DNA of 64,000 nt from Azolla caroliniana (Eukaryota > Plantae > Polypodiophyta). The position numbers were made by a program, and so were the translations under genes. Each line of letters begins with the position of its first letter. The stretch's first letter is position 1. The notes below the pieces were generated by a model. The model ran no database searches. It had not been told where the DNA came from and was given only the letters and a program-made list of their open reading frames with translations. This document shows positions 24,481 to 37,700 of this stretch, in pieces. The stretch covers positions 8,432,001 to 8,496,000 of the forward strand of contig JBHGNT010000001.1 of assembly GCA_043228905.1 (NCBI GenBank), read 5' to 3'.

Positions 24481-27044
24481 CTCCTACAGCGATATGCACC
24501 ACCTCCACTACGACATGTCTGATGATGAAATGCAATCGTGGGTTGCCTTCAGATGCGGGAGGCAAGAGCAAGCCCGGTCCATGGAGTGGGCAGCATCTTC
24601 TTCGGTCTCGGCAGCATCGGCAGAAGCTGCAAGACAACAGAACTACGTCTCTGCACATCCAATCTCTCTGCAGAGATGGCCTCCTCCATATGGCCGTAGA
24701 CCTCTTGCAAAAAGAAGGCGCTTGCTCGCTCACTCGGAACGATTGCTGGTCTCTCTTAAAGCTTTGCCAGAAGAACAAATCTCTACATCATGCCAAACTG
24801 GTTCATGCCCACATGATGACCCAACAATGTAATGACCCTACACATCATCCACATACCACTTCTCTCTATGAGTATTTGGTCCTTACTCTCGTTAAATGTG
24901 GCAGTTTTGATAATGCTTTTGAGGTTTTTGAAGGGCTTCTATGTAGAACTGTCTTCTCATGGACAGCCCTAATATGTGGTTATTCAGAGAGAGGAAATCT
25001 TGGAAATGCTCTTCAAATGTATGTCCATATGTTGGAAGAGGGTGTGAATCCAAATGAATATACCTTCGTATGCCTTGTTAAGGCTTGTACTAATATTGGA
25101 TGCATTGATTGTGGACAAATTTTGCATGCCCATGTTCTCATGGAACAATATGACATCCATGATAGATGGGCAATTTTTGTTTCTACTCTTCTCCGCATGT
25201 ATGCCGAATTTGGCCAGTTTACAGAATCAGAAAATTTATTCTGGAAATGTCTGCATCATTGTGATGTTGTCTCCTGGACTACTATGCTTTCAGTCTATAT
25301 TGAGAATGGACTTGAACATAAAGCTATGGAAATCTATAACAAAATGTATGCAGAAGGAGTGACTCCTAACGAATGGACAATTGCAGTTGCACTTCAAGGG
25401 TGCTCTGCGCTTGTCAAGAAGGAAGGAATTTCTTGTGTTTCTGTGAGTAGAACAACTTTAGATATTGGTCACATACTCCATGTTGAAGCATTACAACGAG
25501 GTTTCGAATTGTGCAGCTTCATCGGTAACAACCTTGTGACAATGTATGGAAATTGTGGGCATATCCTTGATGCCGAAAGCGTGTTTGTTATGCTAACAAA
25601 CCGCAATAGTGTGTCATGGACGGAAATGCTATCAATATACGTAGAGCATTGTAAGACCAAAGAGGCTTTAAAGCTATATCGACAAATGCATGAACAGGGT
25701 GCTGATTCAGATGAAAAAACCCTTCTCATTGTCATTAAGGCTTGTTGTGTATTTGCAACAAAGAAAGAATCCATTATACCTGGAAAATCTTGGTTATCAG
25801 TGAAGGAGATGTCACTCAAAATTGGCCAGGCATTGCATTCAGATGCTAAAAGGAAAGGCTCCATGGACTCTGATATATTCATTGTTAACGCTCTCTTGAA
25901 TCTCTATGTCAAATGTGAAGCGTTTCAAGAAGCTGAAGACCTTTTTCAAAGCACTAGCAAACATGACATCATATCGTGGACCGTAATTCTCTCATTAAAT
26001 GCTGAGCAGGGCAATGGTAAGAAGGTTTTGCAACTCTACAAAGAGATGCAACGAGAAGGTATAACACCAGATGAGCATGCCATCACATGTGCACTTCAAG
26101 CATGTTGTAAACCCTTAGAGATGGCAGAAATTCACAATCTAAGACCCATCGAGGTGATGCCCCTCGAAATTGGGAAGGCCTTACACAATGATGTGTTAGC
26201 AAAAGGTCTTGATTACGACATTCATTTACGTTGTAAAATAACTAACATGTATGGAAAATGTGGGGCCATTCTTGAAGCCGAGCACACATTCTATGCATTG
26301 GCTGAACGAGATTCGATTTTGTATAATGTGATGCTATCGACATATGTGGAACAAGGTTCAGGAGAGATGAAAGCTTTGCAATTGTTTCAAGAAATGCAAG
26401 AAAGAGGTCTTCCTTTGGGGGGTGATGATTCAGCATATGTTTCTATATTACGAGCCTGCAGTGACATGGGAAGTGTGGAGTTGTGTAGGCAGATTCATCA
26501 TAGTATTTTGTGGATTCGAGATGGTCTAAACCATTTGTTGGGTGCAAGTCTCATCCATGCATACGGCAAATGCATGATGGCAGTTGATTCTCAGTCAATA
26601 TTTAGTACACTGGCAAAACCTGACACTGCAGTGTGGAATTCATTGATAGATGCATATACTGAATGTGGAGAGTATGCTGAGGCTTTGAATACTTTTGACA
26701 GAATGCAAAGTGTGAATGTTCCTCCGAATGCCGTAACATTACTTTCTCTTCTCTCGGCTTGTTGTCAAATGGGCTTTCTAGACAAAGGTGTGGAATTCTT
26801 TGAGTCTATGAGTAATGATGGCCATAGATTGAGCCCAGATATTCGGCATTATGGATGTTTGATTGATCTTCTCGGAAGAGCAGGAGACTTTGAGAGGCTT
26901 GAAAAGCTCTTGTTAAGAATGCCGATTCAAGCTGATATGGCGGTCTATTTGGGGTCGCTCGGGGCTTGTCGAGTATACGGGAATATGCATTTGGGCAAGC
27001 ATTTATTTGATCATCTTAGGCCTCAAGGGTGCAAAAACTCCTAG
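24321..27044 (+). CDS. PLS-class PPR protein with short/truncated E domain, no DYW; start codon uncertain (ATG 24105 or ~24522)
   Basis: Long intronless ORF with PLS motifs (TVFSWTALICGY, DVVSWTTML, VWNSLIDAY, HYGCLIDLLGRAG, LGACRVYGN). The track start at 24321 is a GTG inside the repeat. Confidence 0.9.
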   Translation: MEQDSIYSVLSWTSPSRVSLLLCGTGQHLLSVLSWASPSRVSLLLCGTGQYPLSPTAICTTSTTTCLMMKCNRGLPSDAGGKSKPGPWSGQHLLRSRQHRQKLQDNRTTSLHIQSLCRDGLLHMAVDLLQKEGACSLTRNDCWSLLKLCQKNKSLHHAKLVHAHMMTQQCNDPTHHPHTTSLYEYLVLTLVKCGSFDNAFEVFEGLLCRTVFSWTALICGYSERGNLGNALQMYVHMLEEGVNPNEYTFVCLVKACTNIGCIDCGQILHAHVLMEQYDIHDRWAIFVSTLLRMYAEFGQFTESENLFWKCLHHCDVVSWTTMLSVYIENGLEHKAMEIYNKMYAEGVTPNEWTIAVALQGCSALVKKEGISCVSVSRTTLDIGHILHVEALQRGFELCSFIGNNLVTMYGNCGHILDAESVFVMLTNRNSVSWTEMLSIYVEHCKTKEALKLYRQMHEQGADSDEKTLLIVIKACCVFATKKESIIPGKSWLSVKEMSLKIGQALHSDAKRKGSMDSDIFIVNALLNLYVKCEAFQEAEDLFQSTSKHDIISWTVILSLNAEQGNGKKVLQLYKEMQREGITPDEHAITCALQACCKPLEMAEIHNLRPIEVMPLEIGKALHNDVLAKGLDYDIHLRCKITNMYGKCGAILEAEHTFYALAERDSILYNVMLSTYVEQGSGEMKALQLFQEMQERGLPLGGDDSAYVSILRACSDMGSVELCRQIHHSILWIRDGLNHLLGASLIHAYGKCMMAVDSQSIFSTLAKPDTAVWNSLIDAYTECGEYAEALNTFDRMQSVNVPPNAVTLLSLLSACCQMGFLDKGVEFFESMSNDGHRLSPDIRHYGCLIDLLGRAGDFERLEKLLLRMPIQADMAVYLGSLGACRVYGNMHLGKHLFDHLRPQGCKNS

Positions 27045-28613
27045 GTGATCCTGGTATTGCTAATGAAGGTACCTAAAGAAAGCTAACCATCTAAGCAAGG
27101 GAATGATTTATTTAAGAAGATGGGCATGGACATGCCTAACACAATATGGATAAGGATGGAAGTGGTCTTACTATCCCCTCACCTCAAAATCTATGATTTC
27201 TTTTTAATGACCTTCATTGAAAATCCAGAATGTATTCTCTCAAGAAAGCTATTTCAACCTGAAAGATGAGTCCATATGGCCCAAAAACACACAAACTCAC
27301 ACAAGATGGTAGGATTTAGTCTTGAATTAAGAATATGCCAGAATCATACTTGATCTAAACGTAACTTCTCCCTTCAAAGATTAAACCAGCCGCAATTCTT
27401 TTTACAACATCATAAATTCCTTTTTTAAGTTCAAAATTTTTCTTGCAAGTTACATGTTTAGATAGCTTTTATTTACTTTTTCTTGGGAGTTACATGTTTA
27501 GATAGCTTTATTATTATGCATGTTTATGTGTCTTGTTTAAATAGTTCATGATGCATTTTCAGATACCTTTAAATAGTTTATTCTGTAGTTCATATTTCAT
27601 GTTTAGTTACAAATCCATCGTGTGAAAAGAAAAACTCAAAAAACATTGCCACTAAATAAAGCAAAAAAAAAAGTTGCCCGTGCGTCCTTTCCTAGACTTG
27701 CATAAACCTATTTTTGATTGAAGGAACGTTCCACAAGTCTCATGTAAATTTACGGTCTCTACTTTTGTGCTGCCATCAGCAATAGACCATCTAACTCATT
27801 ATATTCATACCAAATAATATTGTTATCAACCCAATCAAGTTTGCTGTACATTCAAAAGTTTATGCTTAAAATCACAATAATATTCTTTGAATAAACCTTA
27901 ATACATGTTTTTATGTGGTTTTAGAGCTCCCTCTTTCATGAATCTTGAGCTTGAAAATATGCACCATCTGCATTTTGATTTATGAACAAACATTACATAT
28001 ACAATAAACAGAAACCAAGAGGGGACAACAATCTACATAGCTATGGAATTAGGTTTTGTAGTGTACATTCACTGCACTAAATTCGGGTTTGTTAGTAGGT
28101 CATAAACACTCTAAACGTGTCTGTCATGCAATGGTTTGGTCTACAAACTTCTTCTACAGAGCTGATTTATTATGGAGAGAAATATAATTTCATGATTATT
28201 GTATATTTCAGATAGCATAAACTTGGGTTCCAATCCTCCCAAAACTCGTTTTTCACGCCATACATTCTTTTCCTAAATCACATGTCAAGTTGGTGTATTG
28301 AATTAATGACCTCCTGAACACCACAAGTTCAACATGAATATGGCCGGTCAATAAAATAAGGCTCTGAAATTTTTGAGCTATTATAATACAATATTCACAA
28401 AACCTTATCCTCAATATACATAAGTTGATATGGACTATACAGATCACATTGGCTGCTGAATCAACTATTCACCATCCTCTTCCTATACAAGAATGCTCTT
28501 TAAGAGACGTTGCTATCCAATTACAAATGAGCTATGATTATTTACAACTGCAAAGTGGAATCACTATCCAAATTTATTCTTCTTTGCAAACATCCAAAGA
28601 TTTATTCAAAATC

Positions 28614-30706
28614 TCAAAAGACTCCTGGTCTCCCACGGGCAGAAGATGCATGCAATTCAGGTTGGCTTCTATAGATAGTTTCATCACAATGAGACGGCCT
28701 CACAGTGAGGCAATCCAAAAAGAGACCGCCTTTCCAAAATGAGCAATCAATCTCCTCAATTCCAAACTCGAGTTTCAACTTCACAGCACTATCATATATT
28801 CCACGAACAACTATCTCTCCAACCATGAACTCGAACCATTTCTCAAATCCATTTCTAGGAAGGTTGCGAAGATCGAGCTCCTTTTGCACACTAATACCCA
28901 AGTAGGATAAGGAGAATCTAAGAGGTTTTCTCCAAGCCAGAAAATGTTGTTGTCCCCCTTGTGGGTTTACAACCTTGAGGCGCCAACAAACTGAATATTC
29001 TCCCGGCGTAAATGTACCCTCCCATTTACCATTCACGGCAAACCAGCATACTGCTTTCAAGTGTGCAACCTGATATCATAAACCGTTCTCAAAAGTTATA
29101 ACAAGTTTTCGTATTTTAATGTGAGTCTTGATTTTTCTACTATTCATACTATTTACCACTATTAACCACAAACAGATTCACGTCTCGAATGAATGCATTG
29201 TGTTAATATCATCAGAAAATGGCCATCCTCCTCGAATTATGATGAGAGGAAACCAATCTTTGAAAATGAAACCCTTTCGGTATAATTTTTGCACTCATAA
29301 GATGCAAACATCAAAACTTAATTTTCAAAATTGAAGTCATCAACGTTCTGAAATTAGAGATGATTTAAAGCAAAACGTTCACTAAATGATATCAGTTAAT
29401 AAAATAAGAAAAAAATGAATAGGGAACAGCAAACAGGAAGAGAAAGCTGAAAAATAGCCTTCCCTATAGGTATGTTTTTCCTGTCATGGGATTCTTATCC
29501 TAGTACTGAAGCCACTAGACCACCAATAATCACACTTACAGGATCCAATATTCACACAATTCCACAAGAATCTTTTGGGTCAACATTATTGGAATTCTTT
29601 TCCTTAATAACATAACATAGTCATATTACTCTACATCAAACTAATAAGATTATTGTCAGGGTGTCCCCAAGAGCTCCCTCTCATCATAAGCCAGCCATTT
29701 TGCTCTTCTTGCCAATGTCGTATCCCACGTAATTACAAATGAACTGGACTAGGTTAATCCATATTCATAATTTATAGCCATTCTTTCGATAGCTCGTTTC
29801 CTTTTGCTGCCTCTGATATCTTTCCAGCGTGTCTGGGTTCCAGTCACCATATCACAAAGACACCATTTTGGTTTCTTCCCTGTGCCTCCAAATGCATTCC
29901 ATATCAGTATGAATGAATAGAACTATGTCAATCATTTCCTCGATCAAACGAGATCATTCATTTCACCACTTAGACTAGGTTAATCATTTCCCCAACTAAA
30001 CTAGGTTGATTGTTTCCCAATCAAACAAGGTTACTCATTTCCTCAATTCAACTAGGTTATCAAATTAGTTTTAAAAAATTAGGCTAATGAAATCCCCAAA
30101 TTAGAAGAAAATCAAACTAGACTAATCATTTTCCTAATGAAACTAGGTTAACAGTTTCCCCGATCTAACTATGCCAATTTTTTCCTAAATACAATCCATA
30201 CCTTTGGGAAGCAAGAACTTCTAGAGGGTACCCATTGCCAAAAACGGGAATCGTTGCCCCAAGCAATGTCCATTGCAGAAGCGGAGATTACCCGAACGAT
30301 GCCACCACGCAAACGCTTCAGAAGAACTATGCGTTCACGGCCATCATTGAGGTAGATCCCCTGTGAAAGGTGTCGGAAAAACTGTCTCTTCTCATCATGA
30401 CAGTCAAAAAAAGTAGGTATTGGATTTGCTTTTGAGTTAGTGATGGTGGTAACATTAGTGTTAGTGTGAGATTTAGAGTCACAATTAGGGCATGTGCTGG
30501 GGTCATTGAATTTAGGGTTAAGAAGGAGATGAAGATATTCTGGTTCAGCATGGGCGTTTGCAGGAGGGAGCAGATGCAGCCACGTGATGTTGGAGCGGGC
30601 GGCGATGGCAAAGGAGCTGCATACAGAGGCGAGGCGAGAGGCATCGTAAGCCGAGGTGCGGCCAAGGATGAGAGCGAGGCATTCCTGCGGCATCTTGTCT
30701 AGACCA

Positions 30707-30737
<31 letters not shown>

Positions 30738-30798
30738 CCTCGTCCTGCTGCTGCTCCTCCATCTCCATGGCCATGGCCATGGCCATCTCCATCTCCAT
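28614..30798 (-). CDS. F-box / phloem protein 2 (PP2) domain protein, ~350 aa, 2 exons
   Basis: Exon 1 30798-30202: F-box LDKMPQECLALIL...RLASVC..F..AA and PP2 start MDIAWGNDSRFWQW...FPK|GT. Exon 2 29069-28614: AG|VAHLKAVCWF...WKGGLFLD. The intron is phase 0. Confidence 0.92.
29920..30185. repeat. Degenerate ~26-bp array adjoining the donor of the F-box/PP2 intron
   Basis: About 9 copies of AACTAGGTTAATCATTTCCCCAATCA-like units. Confidence 0.8.
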
Positions 30799-30854
30799 CT
30801 CTTTTCGCCCAATTGCAATACGATGCGGCTCTTGTGACTACTACAGAGTCTATC

Positions 30855-30857
<3 letters not shown>

Positions 30858-30900
<43 letters not shown>

Positions 30901-31024
30901 TGTATGTATGTATGTATGTATGTAATAATGTATGTATGGATGCATGTATGTCTATCTAGAGAGAGAGAGAGAGAGAGAGAGATGTATGTATGTATGTATG
31001 TATATATGTATGTATGTATGTATG

Positions 31025-31058
<34 letters not shown>

Positions 31059-31062
31059 TGTA
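30858..31062. repeat. Compound microsatellite (GA)n/(TATG)n upstream of the F-box/PP2 gene
   Basis: Directly visible. A further (TAGA)n lies at ~31328-31362. Confidence 0.97.
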
Positions 31063-32949
31063 CAGTGTACTGATTAAATTGTGTAATAGTGAGGAGATAC
31101 ATTATTCCTTATTTTAGTATTATGTGAATGGGAATAAAACCAATATCTTCTTCTTCTTCTTTAGGGTTTAGAATGAGAACCCCAACATTACTTAACCAAA
31201 CACGAATACATGAAATGAAATCTCTCCCTGAGCTTCACACACTGACATGCATCTTTTGGTTGGCCTCTTGAACATGATCGTAAAAATATTGCTCTATCTA
31301 TTCCTTCGAACCTATGTATGTATATATATAGATAGATAGGTAGATAGATAGATAGATAGATATCGATACAATAACTAATTGGCCGCCATGCATCTGCTTA
31401 TTCCTTAAGAGCTATGTATAAAAAACATGGCGAAACCAAAGGTCTGTACAGTCTCCGCCCGACACTGCTTGCCTTGTCATTGCAAGGTTTTAAGTATAAA
31501 GAGATGTCTTAGGAGTGAGCACCTCGTATATTCAATGCTATGCTAAGTGAGAGATGTTGATCCTAGCTTTACACACTTCGTATTGAAAATCGCATGAAGT
31601 CCTCTCTCAAATTGTTGTTTTGATTGCATGCACTTTTTTTATGATGGATAAGGATCTTTAGATGTGAGTTGTTCTTTAGAAGGTACATTCTTCGAACCAT
31701 AGGTAATCTTAACATGGTAGTTGTATCCCCATGTGTGAGACCTAGGGAACGCCGAGGCGGAGTCGAGGAGTGATGACAATATAAAAAATGGTTGGGGTAA
31801 AGTCAATGCCGTGCTATTGGTACAATCTAAACTACAATGTCATAATTTCTGATGTTTCTTAATTAAAGTTTTTTATTTCTTTGGATTCAACACGAAATAA
31901 TTTTATAAAGTATGCACAAGGATGCTAACAAAAGAGACACATATATGTAAAACCATGGCAAAAACAAAGCTTCACAAGCCTATCTGCCCTAAGGATGAGC
32001 AAGAGAGAAGAGGGAAAAGGAAAAAGAAATAAATAAAAGATAAAAGTCATTACATGGGAGAGGTCACGACAAAAAGGGGCAAACCAATAAGTGATACAAA
32101 ATCACTAAAGAATACAAGTCGTTGCATTGTAGAGGATAAAGAAACATATAAAATCATCACTACATAATTGAAATCGTTACATGGACTATTATAAAGCTAG
32201 AATAGAGATTCCTATTTCACAGCAAAACAAACTAATCCACCCAATGAATTTGCTATGTTCATACGCCAATGAGGATTTGTATGTTACAAAATGCCATGAG
32301 TTGAATAATGCTTGGACATATTCTTAGGCAACCCTTGAAAGAGACATAAAGAAGAGCAAGTTGTCATTAGTAGGAAATTGGAATAGGTGTGGTGTATATA
32401 TCAAGGATGCCAGAATAAAATGAGATCAATCAATAGGCGATGCTTCACCACTACAAGGTGTTCCTATGCTATTGTAAACAATTCCATGCTTCTTGTGTGG
32501 TGCCTTTAAATTAATAGTTTAACAACCTTGTTGTCCACATGGTATTTTATACTCTCTTGATTGCTTATGACTAATGATCTGTCATTATAACGTCGTTTTT
32601 GAAATGTGAACCAAGAAATAATATTGAACAAATATTCCATGTAGGTGATCTATAATGTGTTGCAATATTTAATCTATTGTTGATTTTATCTCACGTTAAA
32701 ACCTCTCACCTCTCACCTCTCACCATTTGTGTTACTATACACTAACGAGATTCCTCGAGTTTACAGCAACTTTAACATATATCCAATATTTTATCTCAGT
32801 TTGGTTCTTTCCTCTTTGTATCTCGATCTTCGACAAATATTGTGTTTTAAATTATGAAGTCTCGACATAGTCAAGACCAAACTCCCTTCTTGTAATGGTT
32901 ATGCACAATCATTGAGTATTTCAATTGAGCTAGTATGCCTGATTTGTGC

Positions 32950-34118
32950 GTGAGATTCACATTGTGTGTACTAGTACCATATATTGTGATCAATATTACA
33001 TTATTGAGTAGGTGCATGTCCTTGAAGTAGCATGACTAATTGTATGTTAAGTAATAACTCCCGAAAGATACCTTAGTAGTCAAGGTGGTTGGTAACTATT
33101 GTGTCGGCAACCTACATCATCGAAACCAACGGTAGACAACGAGAGTATTTTTAGTTCACACTGGTTCTCAATCATCTTTATGATTACACACACAAGTGTC
33201 ATCTTACTTTGATTTCATTCTTCAATGTTAGACTACTAGCACAATAGAAGGGAATTTGTATGCTCTTTCCCATACATCTTATTCAGAACTCGAGATTGTG
33301 GAACTAACATTTCATCAACAATTCAAGCCATTTTGGGTCACGAATCCCAATTGATGGCAACTTCTTGGCACTCTACTAGAAACAATCCAAATTGCACTTA
33401 TCCTAGATCCTTGGCATAAGATATTCTTTCTAACCTTCCTTCAAGCTTTTCCTTTGAGAACCACCTCAACATTTAATTTTGATGCTTTTCACACTCATGG
33501 TGGTATGGCCGTTTGCAATAAAATATTTTATGTTCTTCATGATGCTCCGAAACTTCAAGTTGTAAAGTCTTATCATGATTTCCCTCTCACTGCGCCCGTT
33601 TGGCCTCATTGCTTGGGAGTATTGCTTGCTACGTTTCACTTGCAATGTCAAGACTTTTTACAACGATGTGACACATGTTGCAATGCAAAAGTTCCTAGTC
33701 ATATTCCACATGGCTTTCTATCAACCTCCCATCATCCTAGAACCATGACTCCATCCTTATTACATTCAACGTCTTCACCAAGATAACATATTTCATTCCT
33801 TGACAACACTTCCATATCATAAAGCATTGTTAGTGAGTTTGTTGTTGGTTTTTGGAAGTGTCTTTTACTAGTCTTGGATATGGAATGTTGATTACCTTTT
33901 AGGCATCACCTAGAGACGATTGTCCATGTAATATACACTAATTAGACTCTAGAATAGTATATGCAACCCTTAATCATTATTTGTTGCCCTTGCATTGCCA
34001 TTATTCCACAAAAGTCAAGTAGTTTTCCTTTTGGGAACAACAATGAGAGGATGTATAGTTTTTTAGAACCAACATCCATGATCCCAAGTTGGGGTTAGGC
34101 CTAATTTAGAGGGAGGAG
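32950..34118 (+). mobile_element. Highly decayed Ty3/Gypsy integrase relic
   Basis: KLQVVKSYHDFPL...CDTCCNAKVPSHIPHGFL (H2C2 zinc-finger region), FWK..F...HHLET (resembles HPETDG), and a purine tract AGAGGGAGGAG at 34108-34118. Confidence 0.55.
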
Positions 34119-34723
34119 TTGGACATATGCAAAAGCAACAAATCATGGGTTGCAAAAGTAACAATGTTGGCATGTTCTTGTGCGGGATAATCAAGGTGAA
34201 ACACAATTTCTTACTCGGTTACATAGAGTAATCAAACACCCGAAGGAAATCAACCACGAACAAATGCTTAAGCAAGCATCATACAAAGTTCAAGGGATCA
34301 AACGCGAGCGTTCAAGGAACAGAACGAGTAGCAAATGTAAGATAGAAATGAGCCCGAAGAGTATGTTGTGTTCCATGGGGTTTCTATAAGTTCCGGAGAT
34401 GATAAGCCCCCCAATAGATTTCACCTCTTATATCCCTCGTGAGTTGCAGGGCCCCTTCGAGGCAGGCTGAGTAGCGATTGCATGGGTCATACTTTTGGCC
34501 AATCATGCAAGCCTCAAGGGGTATTCCAGGAAATAACGCAAATGCAAACGCAAACGCAGGGGCAAGCTCGTGAAATATGTAAAGATAAAGCACGCTTTTT
34601 TTTGTTGACTCGTATTCTCTCTGTCTCTCTCGCTTCTCCCCTATATCCTTCTTATTTTGTTTCTTTCCTTAGAATCCAAGCACAGAAAATCAAACACAGG
34701 AAGAATCTTTAAACTAAGAAGCT

Positions 34724-37700
34724 ATGGCGTCTTCATGGGTGTTCCTATTCACTCTCGCCTTGGGCCTTTCCTTTGCTTTACTCTTGACCTCTGCCCACAG
34801 CCTTCTCACCTACTCTGCCTCAGATCTACACTCGGAGACCGGACTCGTAAGTTTATTCGATGCCTGGAATGCTAGACATGGAAAACACTATGGATCTGAA
34901 CCACAGCAGAAGGCAGAAAAGCACAGAAGATTCCACATCTTCAAGAAGAACCTAATGTACATAGACGCACACAATCGCGATGTGAAAGCCAGTTCATCTT
35001 TCCGTCTCGGCTTAACCCGGTTCGCTGACCTCACACATGAAGAATTCATCAGCAGCAAACGATTGGGTCTTAAGCTTTCGGTTCCCAGGAGTACCAAGAC
35101 TTCCCGACTGGCTGCCAGTGTGAAACCGAATGAAGCTCTCCCTGAGTCTATTGATTGGCGTGCACTCGGCGCTGTCACTTTGCCCAAAGACCAAGGAATG
35201 TGTGGTAAGAATAAAAAAAAATTCTTTCATTCTAGATCTAGCTGTAATTTAATGTTTGGTTGGTTGTTGTAGACTTTTTAGGTTGAAAATCTGGTTGTGG
35301 TTGATTGTTATGAACTTTTTCTTAATGATTGTGATCTTTTTAGTTTATTTGCTAATTTTTTCATCATAAATATGATAGGTCAATTATTGTGATCTTTTGG
35401 GTTGTTAGATGATGTTCATATGCATAGATCTAGTTACAATTGTGTTTATTGTGATGTTTCTAGGTTGTTTGCAAATAGGATGGTTTTTATGGTGATGTTT
35501 TTGTTTTGTTCAATGGTGCTGACAATATGATTTAATTGAAATCAATTGATTGTTTGGTTTTGTGATTTTTGTGGTATGTCCAATTATATTGACCATACGA
35601 GTAGAAAGTGAACTCTCAGCAATTGATTGGTCAGTCGGCAATTACCAGTGTTTTTAGGGTGGTTGTTTGATGATGTTGAACATTCATATAAGTTTGGCTG
35701 TAGTAGATTGGTTGGCTGGTTTGGGTTGTTCGATGATGTTGACCGTATGTGTAGATCTATTTGTAATCAATCTATCTACACACCTAGTTTTTTATTGATA
35801 GATTGTTTGTTGGTTGTGATATTCTTGGCTTGTTTGATAGTGATTGTGTGTATATCCATCCAGTTGTAACCAATTTGTTGGTTGTCGTTATGATATTTTT
35901 GAGTTGTTCCACAATTGTTGACCATATGTGTAGAACTAGTTGTATTGGTTGGTTGCTATATGTGTAGATCTAAATCTAATTGATGTATTTGTTTGTAATA
36001 TTTTTGGGTTCTTTGATGATATTGACTATGTTCTTAGATCTAATTGTAATCTGTTGGTTGGATGGCTATATGTAAATCTAATTATAATCTATCGACCTGT
36101 TGGTATTTTTAGTTTGTTTAATGATGTTGACGGAATTTCCATGTGTGCGCGTGCGATATATCCAATGAGATGTTTTTGTGATCTTTGTAGGTTGTTTTAT
36201 GATGATTATAGTGTGTATGTGTATAAAGATTAGATGTTGTGGTGGCGGTTGTTCTTTTGTATTGTTTGATGAGTGTACTATAGATTTGATGTTCTTTTCA
36301 TTAGAAACTAAATATGCACAATAGACTTGAAGATCATTCATGTTTTGTGAATTGTTATTTTGACAAGTCACTGATTCATAATGGATGCTGTAACCATATA
36401 TGCTCTATAGATTCGATGTTCTTTTGACAATAAGCTATATATATGGACTATTGATTTTATGTTAATCTTTTTGTGGGAAATATCTTTTCATTCAGGGAGT
36501 TGTTGGGCTTTCTCTGCCACTGGTGCCATAGAAGGAGCCAATGCCATAGCCACAGGTACCCTTGTTAGTGTCTCAGAACAGGAGCTCGTGACATGTGATT
36601 TAGGTGGTATGAGTTCGGGCTGCAATGGAGGCCTCATGGATGATGCTTTTGAATGGGTTGTAAATAATGGAGGCATAGCAACAGAAGAGGCATATCCTTA
36701 TGAGAGCTCCTCTGGCGAATCCGGAGTTTGCAATACCAAACTTGTAAGTTGCTCTTACCTTCAAGATGTTTGCACATGATTCATGATGATATTATTGCAT
36801 ATTGCTATAATTGCAAGTGAAAGCCTGTGCGATTTGTTTTCGGATGACACTCTACGCGTAAGATAATTTAACGTAATAAATATGATAAACTTAGAAACAT
36901 GTACAAGGAAAGAGTACTTATGCTTGTCCAACTTACCACTTAATAATGATATAGGTTTGCATAATGTTCACAATTGTCTTGGAATAAATATCCTGGCTTT
37001 GTTTGACAGCAAGGAGAGGATAAAACAATCACAATCGATGACTACGTTGATGTGGAGTCATACAGTGAGGAAGCCTTAATGGCTGCTGTTGCAAAGCAAC
37101 CCGTTAGTGTGGCCATCGAGGCATCGGCATGGGATTTCCAGCTATATTCGGAGGTATAATCCCTTATCTAATTCTTCTCGCTAATTTTGCTCATGAATAA
37201 ATTTTATTGGTTTCCCAATGTTTGCAACTTTTGGATCTCAAGAATAGTGGTTAATAGGAGAACATGTAATTTTTTTTAATGTATAATGGCTTTGTGTGAT
37301 AATGAATGGATGAGGTTTTATAGGGCATTTACAATGGTTCTTGCTCAAGTAACCCATACACGATTAATCACGGGGTCCTCGTGGTTGGCTATGGGACTGA
37401 AGACGGTGTCAACTATTGGATAGTGAAGAACTCATGGAGCGACTCATGGGGAGACCAAGGCTATATCCGCATGATCCGTAATGGCAGCCCATTTGGAATA
37501 TGTGCTATTCATTCCATGTCATCCTACCCTGTCAAGGTAGACATTATGTAATTAATTAGGTTTCGTTTTACTATAAACATCATTTGCTCTTTGCTTGTCT
37601 TCCAATTTTGCTGATTCTTATGCTCACCCTTTTCTTTTTACCTTTGCTCTTTGATGCTCTATCACTCCTTTTCTCTTCTTTTACTCTTTACTCTCTACTA

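Noticed and set aside
35627-36371. Short hydrophobic ORFs inside protease intron 1, and similar 60-120 aa ORFs elsewhere
   Set aside because: By-products of GT-rich repeats, microsatellites or antisense shadows of real genes, with no recognisable motifs.
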